From a bacterium (lineage in GTDB: Bacteria > Krumholzibacteriota > Krumholzibacteriia > LZORAL124-64-63), in assembly GCA_020049465.1 (NCBI GenBank), contig JAIFKS010000024.1, positions 210-64,209 of the forward strand: 64,000 nucleotides of DNA, in the 5' to 3' direction. Position numbers and translations under genes: made by a program. Positions 41,563-50,642 of this stretch are shown piece by piece (positions within the stretch are counted from its first letter, which is position 1; each line of letters starts with the position of its first letter). The notes under the pieces are model-generated. The model was not told the origin of the DNA, did not search any database, and worked only from the letters and a program-made list of their open reading frames with translations.

Positions 41563-42201
41563 ATGAATAGAACCATTTTCCTGGTTGATGGCTTCAATCT
41601 CTATCACTCACTGCGCGCCGCCTCAGAGGATCTGAACGGGGTCACGACCAAATGGTTGGACCTCGCGGGCCTGCTGCGGTCATACCTTCCGAGTATCGGT
41701 GGCGGTGCCAAGGTGGAAAGAATCTACTACTTCTCGGCACTTGCCACACATCTGGAGCAGCGACAACCGGGCGTTACGGTGCGCCATCGCGCCTATCTCG
41801 ATTGTCTTCAGTCGACGGGCATCGTTCCTGTCATGGGGCGCTTCAAGTCCAAGCAGGTCCACTGCAGGACATGCCGACGTCAGAGTGAGCACTTCGAAGA
41901 AAAAGAAACCGACGTCGCCATCTCAACAAAGCTACTCGAGGTGCTTCATCTCAATGCAGCCGACACGGTGGTGCTCGTCACTGGTGACACCGATCTGGCG
42001 CCCGCCGTTCGTACCGCGCGGACGCTGTTCCCAACGAAGCGCATTTGGTTCATCTTCCCGTATAGGCGAAAGAACAAAGAGTTGGCGCAAATCGCGGACG
42101 GCAACTGCTACATTCGAAAAGAACGCTACGCGCAGCACCAGTTCCCGCCGGCCGTGACCCTGGCAACCGGACGGGCCGTAGCGAAGCCGGCCACATGGTA
42201 G
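41563..42201 (+). CDS. NYN (LabA/PIN-like) domain protein, predicted RNase
   Basis: Starts MNRTIFLVDGFNLYHSL. Motifs EKETDVAIS and VLVTGDTDLAPAV. CxxC-containing insert. Clearly lower GC than the surroundings. Confidence 0.8.
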   Translation: MNRTIFLVDGFNLYHSLRAASEDLNGVTTKWLDLAGLLRSYLPSIGGGAKVERIYYFSALATHLEQRQPGVTVRHRAYLDCLQSTGIVPVMGRFKSKQVHCRTCRRQSEHFEEKETDVAISTKLLEVLHLNAADTVVLVTGDTDLAPAVRTARTLFPTKRIWFIFPYRRKNKELAQIADGNCYIRKERYAQHQFPPAVTLATGRAVAKPATW

Positions 42202-42340
42202 ATCGGACAGAAACGCCCGGCCAAAGTTCGCCACAGACGATCGTCCCACCGACTTGAAAAACCATGACCGATGATTGCCCACGAACCCCAATTCGAGCGT
42301 CGCCGACGGTTTCACCATTGGGCCAAAGGCGCAAGCCGGG

Positions 42341-42358
42341 ACTTGCGCCGGCGCAAGT
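42341..42358. repeat. 18-bp palindrome, exact copy I
   Basis: ACTTGCGCCGGCGCAAGT, between the NYN and ARH genes. Confidence 0.95.
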
Positions 42359-42405
42359 CCTGGGCTGATACTGACCGCGAAGCCATCCCCCAACGGGAGC
42401 GCCCC

Positions 42406-43353
42406 ATGACCGACCAACCCGAAGCCCAACGATCCCGCGCCCAAGGCGCGCTCCTCGGCCAACTGGCCGGCGACGCCCTCGGCTCCCTGGTCGAGTTCCA
42501 GTCCCCCGAAACCATCCGCCGCCAATACCCCGACGGGGTCCGCCTCCTTGCCGATGGCGGGTACTGGGACACCATCGCCGGCCAGCCCACCGACGACAGC
42601 GAGATGGCGCTGGCGTTGGCGCGCTCCATCGTCGAGCACGGCAAGTACATTCCCGACGCCGCGCGGCGCGCCTACGTCGACTGGTACCATTCGATGCCCT
42701 TCGACTGCGGCACCACCATCTCCAACGCGCTCAACGGCCGCCCCAATCCACAGAGCCAGGCCAACGGCGCGTTGATGCGCGTCAGCCCGCTCGGCATTTT
42801 CGGCGCGCGTCACGAGCTGACGCAGGTCGCGCGCTGGGCGCGGCAGGACGCGGCGCTCACGCATCCCCACCCAATCTGCCAGGACGCCAACGCGCTGTTC
42901 GCGATGGCGATCGCCCACGCGATCGGGACCGGCTGCCCGGGCCGCGACCTCTACGACGCGATCATGGACTGGGCCGCGCATTTGAACGTGGCCCCGGCGC
43001 TGCTCGAAGCGATCGAAGGTGCCGCCGCGAATCCGCCGCGCGATTACCTCCACCAGCAGGGCTGGGTGCTCATCGCCCTGCGCAACGCGTTGTGGCAACT
43101 GCTCCATGCGCCCAGCCTCGAAGCCGGCGTCATCGACACGGTCATGCGCGGTGGCGACACCGACACGAACGCGGCCATCGCCGGCGCATTGCTGGGCGCG
43201 GTGCACGGGCGCGAGGCCGTCCCGCGGCAGTGGGTTGAAACGCTGGCGAACTGCCGACCGGAAAAGGGGCGGACCGGCGTCAAACACGCACGGCCAGAAA
43301 TCTACTGGCCGGTCGATGCGGAGGAGCTTGCGCTGCGGTTGTACGACGCGTGA
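42406..43353 (+). CDS. ADP-ribosylglycohydrolase family protein
   Basis: Motifs GALLGQLAGDALGSLVEF, TDDSEMALALA and GGDTDTNAAIAGALLGA. Confidence 0.88.
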   Translation: MTDQPEAQRSRAQGALLGQLAGDALGSLVEFQSPETIRRQYPDGVRLLADGGYWDTIAGQPTDDSEMALALARSIVEHGKYIPDAARRAYVDWYHSMPFDCGTTISNALNGRPNPQSQANGALMRVSPLGIFGARHELTQVARWARQDAALTHPHPICQDANALFAMAIAHAIGTGCPGRDLYDAIMDWAAHLNVAPALLEAIEGAAANPPRDYLHQQGWVLIALRNALWQLLHAPSLEAGVIDTVMRGGDTDTNAAIAGALLGAVHGREAVPRQWVETLANCRPEKGRTGVKHARPEIYWPVDAEELALRLYDA

Positions 43354-43431
43354 GCAAGTGGCTTGACGCCGTGAACGGGCGAGGGCACGCTCACCGCCGA
43401 GCCCGCGCCCCGACCTTTCCGCAACGAGAGG

Positions 43432-43848
43432 ATGCCGACCGTGTGGAAAAACGCCGTGATGGCCGCTCTGGCCTGCGTGATGCTGTCCGCCTGCGCCGCT
43501 ACGCGCCCGGCTCTCGAAGGCGCCTGGGAATGTGTGGACCCGGCGCCGGGGCTGGGGGAAGTCGCCGCGGTGAAGGTGCTCTCCGACGGACACTTCGCTT
43601 TCGGGCGCCCGTCGCCGGCCGGCGACACCGTCTTCGCCGGAGGCGGCACCTACGTTTATCAGGACGGGACCTATACCGAAACCGTGGCCTGGCACTGGGC
43701 TCCGAAGCTGGTGGGCCAGACCATTGTCTTCGACTGCTCCATGAAGGACGGCCTGTGGTACCACCGGGCGACGTTCGAAGCCGGCGGCGAGCGGTTCGAG
43801 ATCAATGAGATCTGGCGGCGGGTTTCGGTACCGAAGCCGGGATCCTGA
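43432..43848 (+). CDS. hypothetical lipoprotein
   Basis: Lipobox VMLSAC. GC3-rich. Possibly lipocalin-like. Confidence 0.6.
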   Translation: MPTVWKNAVMAALACVMLSACAATRPALEGAWECVDPAPGLGEVAAVKVLSDGHFAFGRPSPAGDTVFAGGGTYVYQDGTYTETVAWHWAPKLVGQTIVFDCSMKDGLWYHRATFEAGGERFEINEIWRRVSVPKPGS

Positions 43849-43885
43849 AGCCCGTCTCGCACCCCAAAAATCACAACTTCGTGAT

Positions 43886-43903
43886 AGTTGCGCCGGCACA
43901 AGT
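43886..43903. repeat. 18-bp palindrome family, copy J (16/18)
   Basis: AGTTGCGCCGGCACAAGT, 38 nt after the lipoprotein stop. Confidence 0.75.
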
Positions 43904-44083
43904 GGCGTCCCGCTTTCGGCGCGGGCCTTTGCGCCTCAATGCCCGCGTCGGAGCAACTTCCCACCCCCCACCCGGCCTAATTAGATTGTGCGGACACCGT
44001 ACAAAGTGTAAGATAGTCATGCCGAAGCCCGCTCAACCTTGCGTCCCAACGTCGGCAGGTCCCCGAAGCAAAGGACTCTTCTC

Positions 44084-45889
44084 ATGCGAACGCCCGTCGC
44101 CCTCCTCGCCGCCCTGGCCTTCACCGCCATCGTGGCCGTCTCCCCCGCCACCGCCCAGGTCGGCGGCCTGCTCTGGGAAGAGAACTTCGAATCCCTGGAC
44201 AACTGGCTGAAGATCACCGGCAACGGTAGCTGGGGCTGGGGCAATGGCGAGCTGGAGTACTACAAGAACGAGAACGTCGACATCGCCGACGTGCCGGGCG
44301 AGGCGGGCAACAAGGCGCTGCGCATCATCGCCAAGCGCGAGAGCGGCCCCGGCATCGTCGACCAGTGGGGCAATCCGCTTCTCTACACTTCGGGCAAGGT
44401 GACCACCGAATCGTTCGTGTCGGTGAAGTACGGGATGATCGAGGCGCGCGTGCGCGTGCCCAACCTGGACCTGGGTGGCTGGCCCGCGCTGTGGCTGTTG
44501 GGCACGTCCAACTACGACTGGCCGAAGTCCGGCGAGATCGACATGTTCGAGATGGGCGCTTCGAAGGCGTTCCGCGACCTGCACGACACGCACAACGGCG
44601 GCACCGGGCTGAACAACTCGACCGTCAACCAGATGACCGGCGCCAACCTGATCTATCATTCGCCGGCGGCCGTCGGGCCGGGCAACCTGTCGGGTGCGGC
44701 GAGCATCGCCTACGATCCGGCGGACATCTACTGCCGCCCGTACTACAACCAGGTCACCTCGCTGCACGACCGGTTCATCACCTATCGCCTGTACTGGGAC
44801 GACACCACGATGCGGCAGACCGTGATCGACGGCGGCGTCGAGCGCGACCTGTACACGACGCCGTTCACGATCACCGCCGACTCGGAAGAATACCGGCAGC
44901 CGTTCTACCTGATCGCGAACCTGGCGATCGGTGGCGCCTACACCGACGCGTACCGCCTGGGCGATACCAGCAGTGGCCTGCCCGTCACGATGCCTTTGCC
45001 GGCCACGATGTATGTCGACTACATCCGCGTCTACGAGTGGAATGGCCAGGGCGAAGTGCATTTCGGACCGCCGACGGCGCAGAGCGGCTCGTTCGGGCTG
45101 TTGACCGACCTGACGCCGACCAACGGCAACCTGACGATCGGCACCGACGCGAACGTCTGGGTCTGGGAAAGCACGCTGATCGACGGCACCATCCCGCCCT
45201 ACGAAGGCACCAACGGGCTCACCTGGAAGACCAACGCGAAGGGCTGGTTCGGCGCCGGCGTCATGACGGACCAGCCGCTGAACCTCTTCAGCTTCATCGA
45301 CGGCGACCTCAAGTTCAGGATCAAGATCCCTGGCTACGTGACGTTCAAGATCGGCGTCATCGACACGTGGGGGAACCAGTACTACGTCCAGTTCCCCGCC
45401 AACCAGACGAAGTACGGCCTGGTCCGCAACGGCAACTGGGGACAGGTGACGATCCCGGTCGCCGACCTGCGCGGCCTGGCCATCGACATGCGCATGCTGA
45501 GCTATTCGTTCGTGATCCTCGAGGAGAGTGGCCAGGCCTGCGAGTTCGCGATCGACGACATCTACTACACCGGCGGGTTCGTTGCCGGCGTGGACGGGCC
45601 GACCATGCTGCCGCGCACGGCGACGCTGCTGGACAACGCGCCGAACCCGTTCAACGCGAACACGGAACTGCGCTTCGAGCTGGCCGGCGATGAATCCTAC
45701 GCGATCGTCGTCTACGACGCCGCCGGGCAGCGCGTGCGCGAGTTCCAGGGTCTGGGCCGCGCGGGCCTCAACGCGGTGCGCTGGGACGGGCGCGACGGGC
45801 AGGGGCGCGGCGTCAGTTCGGGCGTCTATTACTACCGCCTCGAGACCGGGGCGGGCGCCGACACCGGGAAGATGGTGTTGGTCAAATAG
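44084..45889 (+). CDS. glycoside hydrolase family 16 with FlgD-Ig/T9SS-like C-terminal domain
   Basis: Signal peptide. GH16 catalytic EIDMFE. Ends NPFNANTELRF...SGVYYYRL...KMVLVK. Confidence 0.85.
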   Translation: MRTPVALLAALAFTAIVAVSPATAQVGGLLWEENFESLDNWLKITGNGSWGWGNGELEYYKNENVDIADVPGEAGNKALRIIAKRESGPGIVDQWGNPLLYTSGKVTTESFVSVKYGMIEARVRVPNLDLGGWPALWLLGTSNYDWPKSGEIDMFEMGASKAFRDLHDTHNGGTGLNNSTVNQMTGANLIYHSPAAVGPGNLSGAASIAYDPADIYCRPYYNQVTSLHDRFITYRLYWDDTTMRQTVIDGGVERDLYTTPFTITADSEEYRQPFYLIANLAIGGAYTDAYRLGDTSSGLPVTMPLPATMYVDYIRVYEWNGQGEVHFGPPTAQSGSFGLLTDLTPTNGNLTIGTDANVWVWESTLIDGTIPPYEGTNGLTWKTNAKGWFGAGVMTDQPLNLFSFIDGDLKFRIKIPGYVTFKIGVIDTWGNQYYVQFPANQTKYGLVRNGNWGQVTIPVADLRGLAIDMRMLSYSFVILEESGQACEFAIDDIYYTGGFVAGVDGPTMLPRTATLLDNAPNPFNANTELRFELAGDESYAIVVYDAAGQRVREFQGLGRAGLNAVRWDGRDGQGRGVSSGVYYYRLETGAGADTGKMVLVK

Positions 45890-46099
45890 TCCGGGGCAAC
45901 GGCCCTTCGATGATCGGGCGGCGGCAGGCAGAATGCCCCGGCAGGGGCGCCGAGGCCTGCCGCCGCCCACGCAGAAAGCCCGCTTCCCGCACGACCCCGC
46001 GCTTCCCCGGCGTGGCGCGTCATCCCTCCCTGTTTCCTAAAATACGGACGCGCAGCGGGTTGCCGAAACCGGCCCGCGGATGGGCGCGAACACGCCCGC

Positions 46100-46114
46100 T
46101 GGCACCGGCCTTGC
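46100..46114 (+). promoter_or_regulatory. sigma-54 type promoter TGGCAC-N5-TTGC upstream of the S8 protease
   Basis: Exact TGGCACCGGCCTTGC, 65 nt upstream of the ATG at 46179. Confidence 0.45.
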
Positions 46115-46178
46115 GATGGCGCCTGCGACGGTTGGTTCCCGGCGGCGCCCGGCCGCGTCCCCATGATCCGGAGCAGCC

Positions 46179-48269
46179 ATGAACGGTCATCGCGGTTTTC
46201 CCCGCGCGCGCGCGATCCTGCCGGCCGGCCTATCGGCCCTGTCGCTGGTCCTGCTCGCGGTGAGTCTGAAGCTGGGCGGCGAGCCGAACAAGCCCGCGCC
46301 CACGGCCTCGACCCTGGTCGGTTTCATGGGAGCGTCCGAAGACGCACCGCTCTACGCGCCCAACCGGCTGCTCGTTCAGATCCGCGACACGGCCCTCGAG
46401 CCGTCGCTGTCGTCCGTCGAAAAGACCAGGGGCAGCAGCGTGCCGCATGCCTGGACGGGACTCGACGGCATCGACCGACTGGCCCAGGATGCGGGCGTCA
46501 CCGCCATCAGCCGACCCTACGATGCGCCGCTCAGCCGCAACAAGGCCGCCGCCGCGGGCGTCGACCGCTGGTTCAGGTTCGACTTCGAGGCCGTCGACAA
46601 TCTGCCCGACCTGGCCGCGTCCTTCGCGGCGCTGGGCGAGGTGCAGGCCGTGTCGCTGGACTGGCGCGCCTTGCCGACGACCATTCCCAGCGACCCCTTC
46701 TTTGCCGCGAACTGGGGCCACGCCAACACCGGCCAGCTGCCCTCGTTCAGCGGGGGCGGCCACTCGACGCGCTCGGGTCCGGGCGTCGGCACCGTGGGCT
46801 TCGACGCCGGAACACCGCAGGCCTGGGAAGGCGCCCAGGGCTACGGCTCGGCCGACGTCGTCATCGCCATCATCGATTCCGGCGTGGACCTCGACCACCC
46901 CGACCTGCGGCTGGTCGCGGGCTACGACTTCGGCGACAACGACGCGAACCCCGACGACGACGCGGCCGACCCCGGCCACGGCACCTGCTGCGCGGGCATC
47001 GCCGCGGCGTTGAACAACGGCGTCGGCACGGTGGGCGTGGCGCCCGGCTGCAGCATCATGCCGTTGAAGGTGGCCGACAGCGACGGCTACATGTATTTCA
47101 GCGCCGTCCAGAACGCGCTCTACCATGCGGCCGACCACGGCGCCGACATCGTCAGCCTAAGTCTGGGCGTGGCGATCGCGACCGACGCCGCCACCGAAGC
47201 CGCGCTGCAGTACGCCTACAACGCCGGCGTGGTGCTGCTGGCGTCGACCGGCAACGGAAACAAGGCCGAGATCAACTACCCGGCCTGCAGCCCCTATGTG
47301 ATCGCGGTCGGCGCGGCCTCGCCGGGCGGCGAGCGCAAGCGCAGTTCGAGCCTCGAACGGGACCTGAACGCGGGCGTCACCGCCGACCCGCGCGGCGCCA
47401 CCTGCGACGGCGAACGCTGGTGGGGCTCCAGCTACGGCTCGGCCACGAAGGACGCCGCGGGCGCGGTCGACCTGCTGGGTCCGACCATCCTGCCGACCTG
47501 CGACATCGTCGGCCGCGACGGCTTCAGCGCGGACGACGTCGAACCCTATTTCAACGGCACCAGCTGCGCCACGCCATACGTGGCCGGAGTGGCCGCGCTG
47601 ATCCTCTCGAACCACCCGGACTACACGCCGGCCCAGGTGCGCGAGACGCTGACCGCCGCCGCGCGCGACGTCGTCAATGACGAATCGGTCATCGGCTGGG
47701 ACATCTACTCGGGCTACGGCCTGGTCAGCGCCCGGGCGGCGGTGATCGACGACGTGTCCTTGGCGCCCCTGGCCGCGTTCACGGCGACGCCGGTGAGCGG
47801 CGCCGCGCCGGTCGAAGTGGACTTCACCGACACTTCGACGGGTGCACCCACGTCCTGGAGCTGGAGCTTCGGCGACGGCGCCACTTCGACGGAACAGCAT
47901 CCGAGCCACGTCTACGAAGCGCCGGGCGCCTACGATGTCTCGCTGACGGCCGCCAACGACGCCGGCGCGCACACCGTGACGCTGGCCGGCCAGGTGACGG
48001 TGTCTGCGGCGGCGTTGCTCGCGCAGAACCAGCCGAACCCGTTCAACCCCGTCACGCAGATCGCCTTCAGCCTGCCGCGCGACTGCGCCGTCAGGTTGAG
48101 CGTCTACAACCTGCGCGGCCTGCAGGTGGCCAGCCTGGCGCAGGGAGAGATGAGTGCCGGCGACCACGTGGTGACGTGGGACGCGTCGGACCAGCCGAGC
48201 GGCGTCTACTTCTACCGACTCGAAGGGCCGGGTATTCTCGAGACGCGGAAGATGACGTTGGTGAAGTGA
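46179..48269 (+). CDS. S8 subtilisin-like serine protease with PKD domain and FlgD-Ig/T9SS-like C-terminal domain
   Basis: Catalytic D (AIIDSGVD), H (HGTCCAG) and S (GTSCATP). PKD-like FGDGATS. C-terminal NPFNPVTQIAF...SGVYFYRL...KMTLVK. Confidence 0.9.
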   Translation: MNGHRGFPRARAILPAGLSALSLVLLAVSLKLGGEPNKPAPTASTLVGFMGASEDAPLYAPNRLLVQIRDTALEPSLSSVEKTRGSSVPHAWTGLDGIDRLAQDAGVTAISRPYDAPLSRNKAAAAGVDRWFRFDFEAVDNLPDLAASFAALGEVQAVSLDWRALPTTIPSDPFFAANWGHANTGQLPSFSGGGHSTRSGPGVGTVGFDAGTPQAWEGAQGYGSADVVIAIIDSGVDLDHPDLRLVAGYDFGDNDANPDDDAADPGHGTCCAGIAAALNNGVGTVGVAPGCSIMPLKVADSDGYMYFSAVQNALYHAADHGADIVSLSLGVAIATDAATEAALQYAYNAGVVLLASTGNGNKAEINYPACSPYVIAVGAASPGGERKRSSSLERDLNAGVTADPRGATCDGERWWGSSYGSATKDAAGAVDLLGPTILPTCDIVGRDGFSADDVEPYFNGTSCATPYVAGVAALILSNHPDYTPAQVRETLTAAARDVVNDESVIGWDIYSGYGLVSARAAVIDDVSLAPLAAFTATPVSGAAPVEVDFTDTSTGAPTSWSWSFGDGATSTEQHPSHVYEAPGAYDVSLTAANDAGAHTVTLAGQVTVSAAALLAQNQPNPFNPVTQIAFSLPRDCAVRLSVYNLRGLQVASLAQGEMSAGDHVVTWDASDQPSGVYFYRLEGPGILETRKMTLVK

Positions 48270-48314
48270 GTCGGGTGGAGCCCGCTCGTTGTTGATCCAC
48301 TTGCTCGTTGTTGA

Positions 48315-48623
48315 TTCACTTGCGCCGGCGCAAGTGTTCCACAACGCAAGCACCCGCCGACGCGCCTGGACTGGGACCAGGGCTCCCACGCGCTGATCGG
48401 CGCCGTGTCGGTGTACCTGCGCCTGGAGACGTCGCCGTCGCTGACGATCTTCCCGGAAGTGAACCTCGGCTACATGACCGGCACCGCGAAAATCGAGGCC
48501 GTCTTCGGCGGTGGCGTCAGCCTGTTCTTCAGCGAGAAGGTGCGCCTGATGCCGTCGTTCACGACCGTCGACGGCAACACGACCTGGGGCGTCATGGTCT
48601 GGTTGGTGATGCCCGGTAACTGA
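48315..48623 (+). pseudogene. possible C-terminal remnant of an outer-membrane beta-barrel gene
   Basis: The open frame begins inside palindrome copy K. It has alternating beta-strand-like sequence and no credible N-terminus or signal peptide. Confidence 0.3.
48318..48335. repeat. 18-bp palindrome, exact copy K
   Basis: ACTTGCGCCGGCGCAAGT, 49 nt after the S8 protease stop. Confidence 0.95.
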
Positions 48624-48758
48624 GGCGGGTGGAACCGCGGCCGGGGCAACCGCCTGGGGGGCGCCGGCCGTGCGGTTGATTCCGCCCGCGAGCCCCCTTG
48701 ATCACCATAAAATAATGACATAAAAAAACATCATAATAGAATAATTCGGCACTCAATG

Positions 48759-48823
48759 TTGATAATTGCCATCTTTTTACAGACATTACCCGTCTTTGCG
48801 TTGCCATAAATTAGTGGTGGCAA
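48759..48823 (+). promoter_or_regulatory. candidate hipBA promoter/operator region
   Basis: TTGATA-17-GACATT at 48759-48787. Inverted repeat TTGCCA-N11-TGGCAA at 48801-48823. Lies within a strongly AT-rich block. Confidence 0.3.
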
Positions 48824-48871
48824 TAAACCACATTGTAGTCGAATATGTGTTCAATGAGGGGAGTTTCCATC

Positions 48872-49213
48872 ATGTCGTTCTACGCCGCCACCGACCAGAC
48901 CGTTCTGGCTGAACTGGGCCGCCGTCTGCGTCAGCGCCGCCTGGACCGCAATCTGAGCCAGCAGGAAGTCGCCGAGAACGCCGGCCTGGACCGCACCACG
49001 GTCGGGGCCCTCGAGCGCGACGGCCGGGCTTCGCTGCTGACGTTCGTTCAGGTGCTGCGCGCGCTCGGCGCGCTCGACGAACTGGACGGGTTCCTGCCCG
49101 CCACCGGCCCCAGCCCGCTGGATCTGGCGCGCCGCCAGGGCGAGGTGCGCCAGCGCGCTTCCGGTCCGCGAACGCCGCGCGGCGCGGAAGATCCCGAACC
49201 CGGAGCCGACTGA
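48872..49213 (+). CDS. hipB: XRE-family HTH antitoxin HipB-like
   Basis: ATG at 48872 after GGGGAG. HTH segment LRQRRLDRNLSQQEVAENAGLDRTTVGALERDG. Confidence 0.8.
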   Translation: MSFYAATDQTVLAELGRRLRQRRLDRNLSQQEVAENAGLDRTTVGALERDGRASLLTFVQVLRALGALDELDGFLPATGPSPLDLARRQGEVRQRASGPRTPRGAEDPEPGAD

Positions 49214-49214
49214 C

Positions 49215-50573
49215 ATGGCCCCGCGCCCCGACCAGGCCCCGCGCCCCGACCCGACCGCACGCGTCGACGCCGCCTTCGTCAACATCTGGGGCCGCACCGC
49301 CGGCGCCGTCGCCTGGGATGACCGGCGCGGCTGCGCCACCTTCGAATACGAGCCCGACTTTCTCGACAGCGGCCTGGACCTGTCGCCGCTGCACATGCCG
49401 ATCGAAGCGGCGCGCCGCGGCGGCGTGCGCTTAACGTTTCCCGGTCTGCCGCGCGAAACGTTCATGGGGCTGCCCGGCCTGCTGGCCGACGCGCTGCCCG
49501 ACCGTTTCGGCAACCACCTGATCGACGCCTGGCTGGCCGCGCAGGGACGCCGCCGCGAGGACTTCAGTCCCGTCGAGCGCCTGTGCTACGTGGGCAGCCG
49601 CGGCATCGGCGCGCTCGAGTTCGCGCCCGCGCTGCGCGCCGGCACGGACACGGCGGTGCCCGTGGTCATCGCCGAACTGGTGGATCTGGCGCGCGGGATG
49701 CTGCGCGAACGCGCCGGGCTCAGCACCTCGCTGCAGGCCGGCACCGAAGCCATCGCCGATATCCTGCGCGTGGGCACCTCGGCCGGTGGCGCACGCGCCA
49801 AGGCCGTCATCGCCATCAACGACGCCACGGGGGAGGTGCGCTCGGGACAGGTCGACGCGCCGCCGGGATTCGCGCACTGGCTCCTGAAGTTCGATGGCGT
49901 GCAGGACCGCGATCTGAATGATCCCGAAGGCTACGGCCGCCTGGAGTATGCCTTCCATCTGATGGCCGTGGCGGCGGGTATCACGATGAGTGAATGCCGG
50001 CTGCTCGAGGAAGGCGGCCGGGCCCACTTCCTGACCCGCCGCTTCGACCGCACGCCCGACGGCGGCCGCCTGCATCTGCAGACGTTGTGCGGCCTGGCGC
50101 ACCTGGACTACAACGACGCGGGCGCGCACTCCTATGAGCAGGCATTCGCCGTGGCGCGCGAACTGCGCCTGCCGTATCCCGACACGGCCGAACTGTTCCG
50201 CCGCATGGTGTTCAATGCGGCCGCGCGCAACCAGGACGACCACACCAAGAACCTCGGCTTTCTGATGGATCCGCGCGGCGAATGGCGATTGGCGCCCGCC
50301 TACGACGTCATTTACGCGTATAATCCCGACGGGCGGTGGACCAGCCGCCACCAGATGTCGATGGCCGGCAAGCGCGACCACCTGACCCGCGACGATATGC
50401 TGACGGTGGCGCGTACTGTCGGCGTGAAGAAGGCCGACGCGATCATCGACCAGGTCCGGGGCGCGCTGGCGGAATGGCCGCGTTGCGCGGACAAGGCGGG
50501 CGTGCCCGCCGAACAGGCGTCGCGCGTCGCGGGTACGTTCCGGGAATTCGGAGCCGCGCAGCCGCGGTCTTGA
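49215..50573 (+). CDS. hipA: HipA family serine/threonine kinase toxin
   Basis: HipA N-terminal coupling region. Motifs GTSAGGARAKA, FDR and NQDDHTKNLGFLM. Confidence 0.9.
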   Translation: MAPRPDQAPRPDPTARVDAAFVNIWGRTAGAVAWDDRRGCATFEYEPDFLDSGLDLSPLHMPIEAARRGGVRLTFPGLPRETFMGLPGLLADALPDRFGNHLIDAWLAAQGRRREDFSPVERLCYVGSRGIGALEFAPALRAGTDTAVPVVIAELVDLARGMLRERAGLSTSLQAGTEAIADILRVGTSAGGARAKAVIAINDATGEVRSGQVDAPPGFAHWLLKFDGVQDRDLNDPEGYGRLEYAFHLMAVAAGITMSECRLLEEGGRAHFLTRRFDRTPDGGRLHLQTLCGLAHLDYNDAGAHSYEQAFAVARELRLPYPDTAELFRRMVFNAAARNQDDHTKNLGFLMDPRGEWRLAPAYDVIYAYNPDGRWTSRHQMSMAGKRDHLTRDDMLTVARTVGVKKADAIIDQVRGALAEWPRCADKAGVPAEQASRVAGTFREFGAAQPRS

Positions 50574-50642
50574 CGCCGCGGTCCGCGCGTGCGCACACTC
50601 GACGCCGGCGACCGTCCGCCGGCCAACCATGGAGGCCCGCCC

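Noticed and set aside
43960-44020. Possible sigma-70 promoter (TTGTGC-17-TAAGAT) upstream of GH16
   Set aside because: Both hexamers are weak matches, and several alternative alignments are equally plausible.
45925-45977. 14-bp perfect inverted repeat GGGCGGCGGCAGGC...GCCTGCCGCCGCCC after GH16
   Set aside because: It is probably a transcript-stabilising or terminator-like hairpin, but it has a 25-nt loop and no T-tract. That is not enough to annotate it as a terminator.
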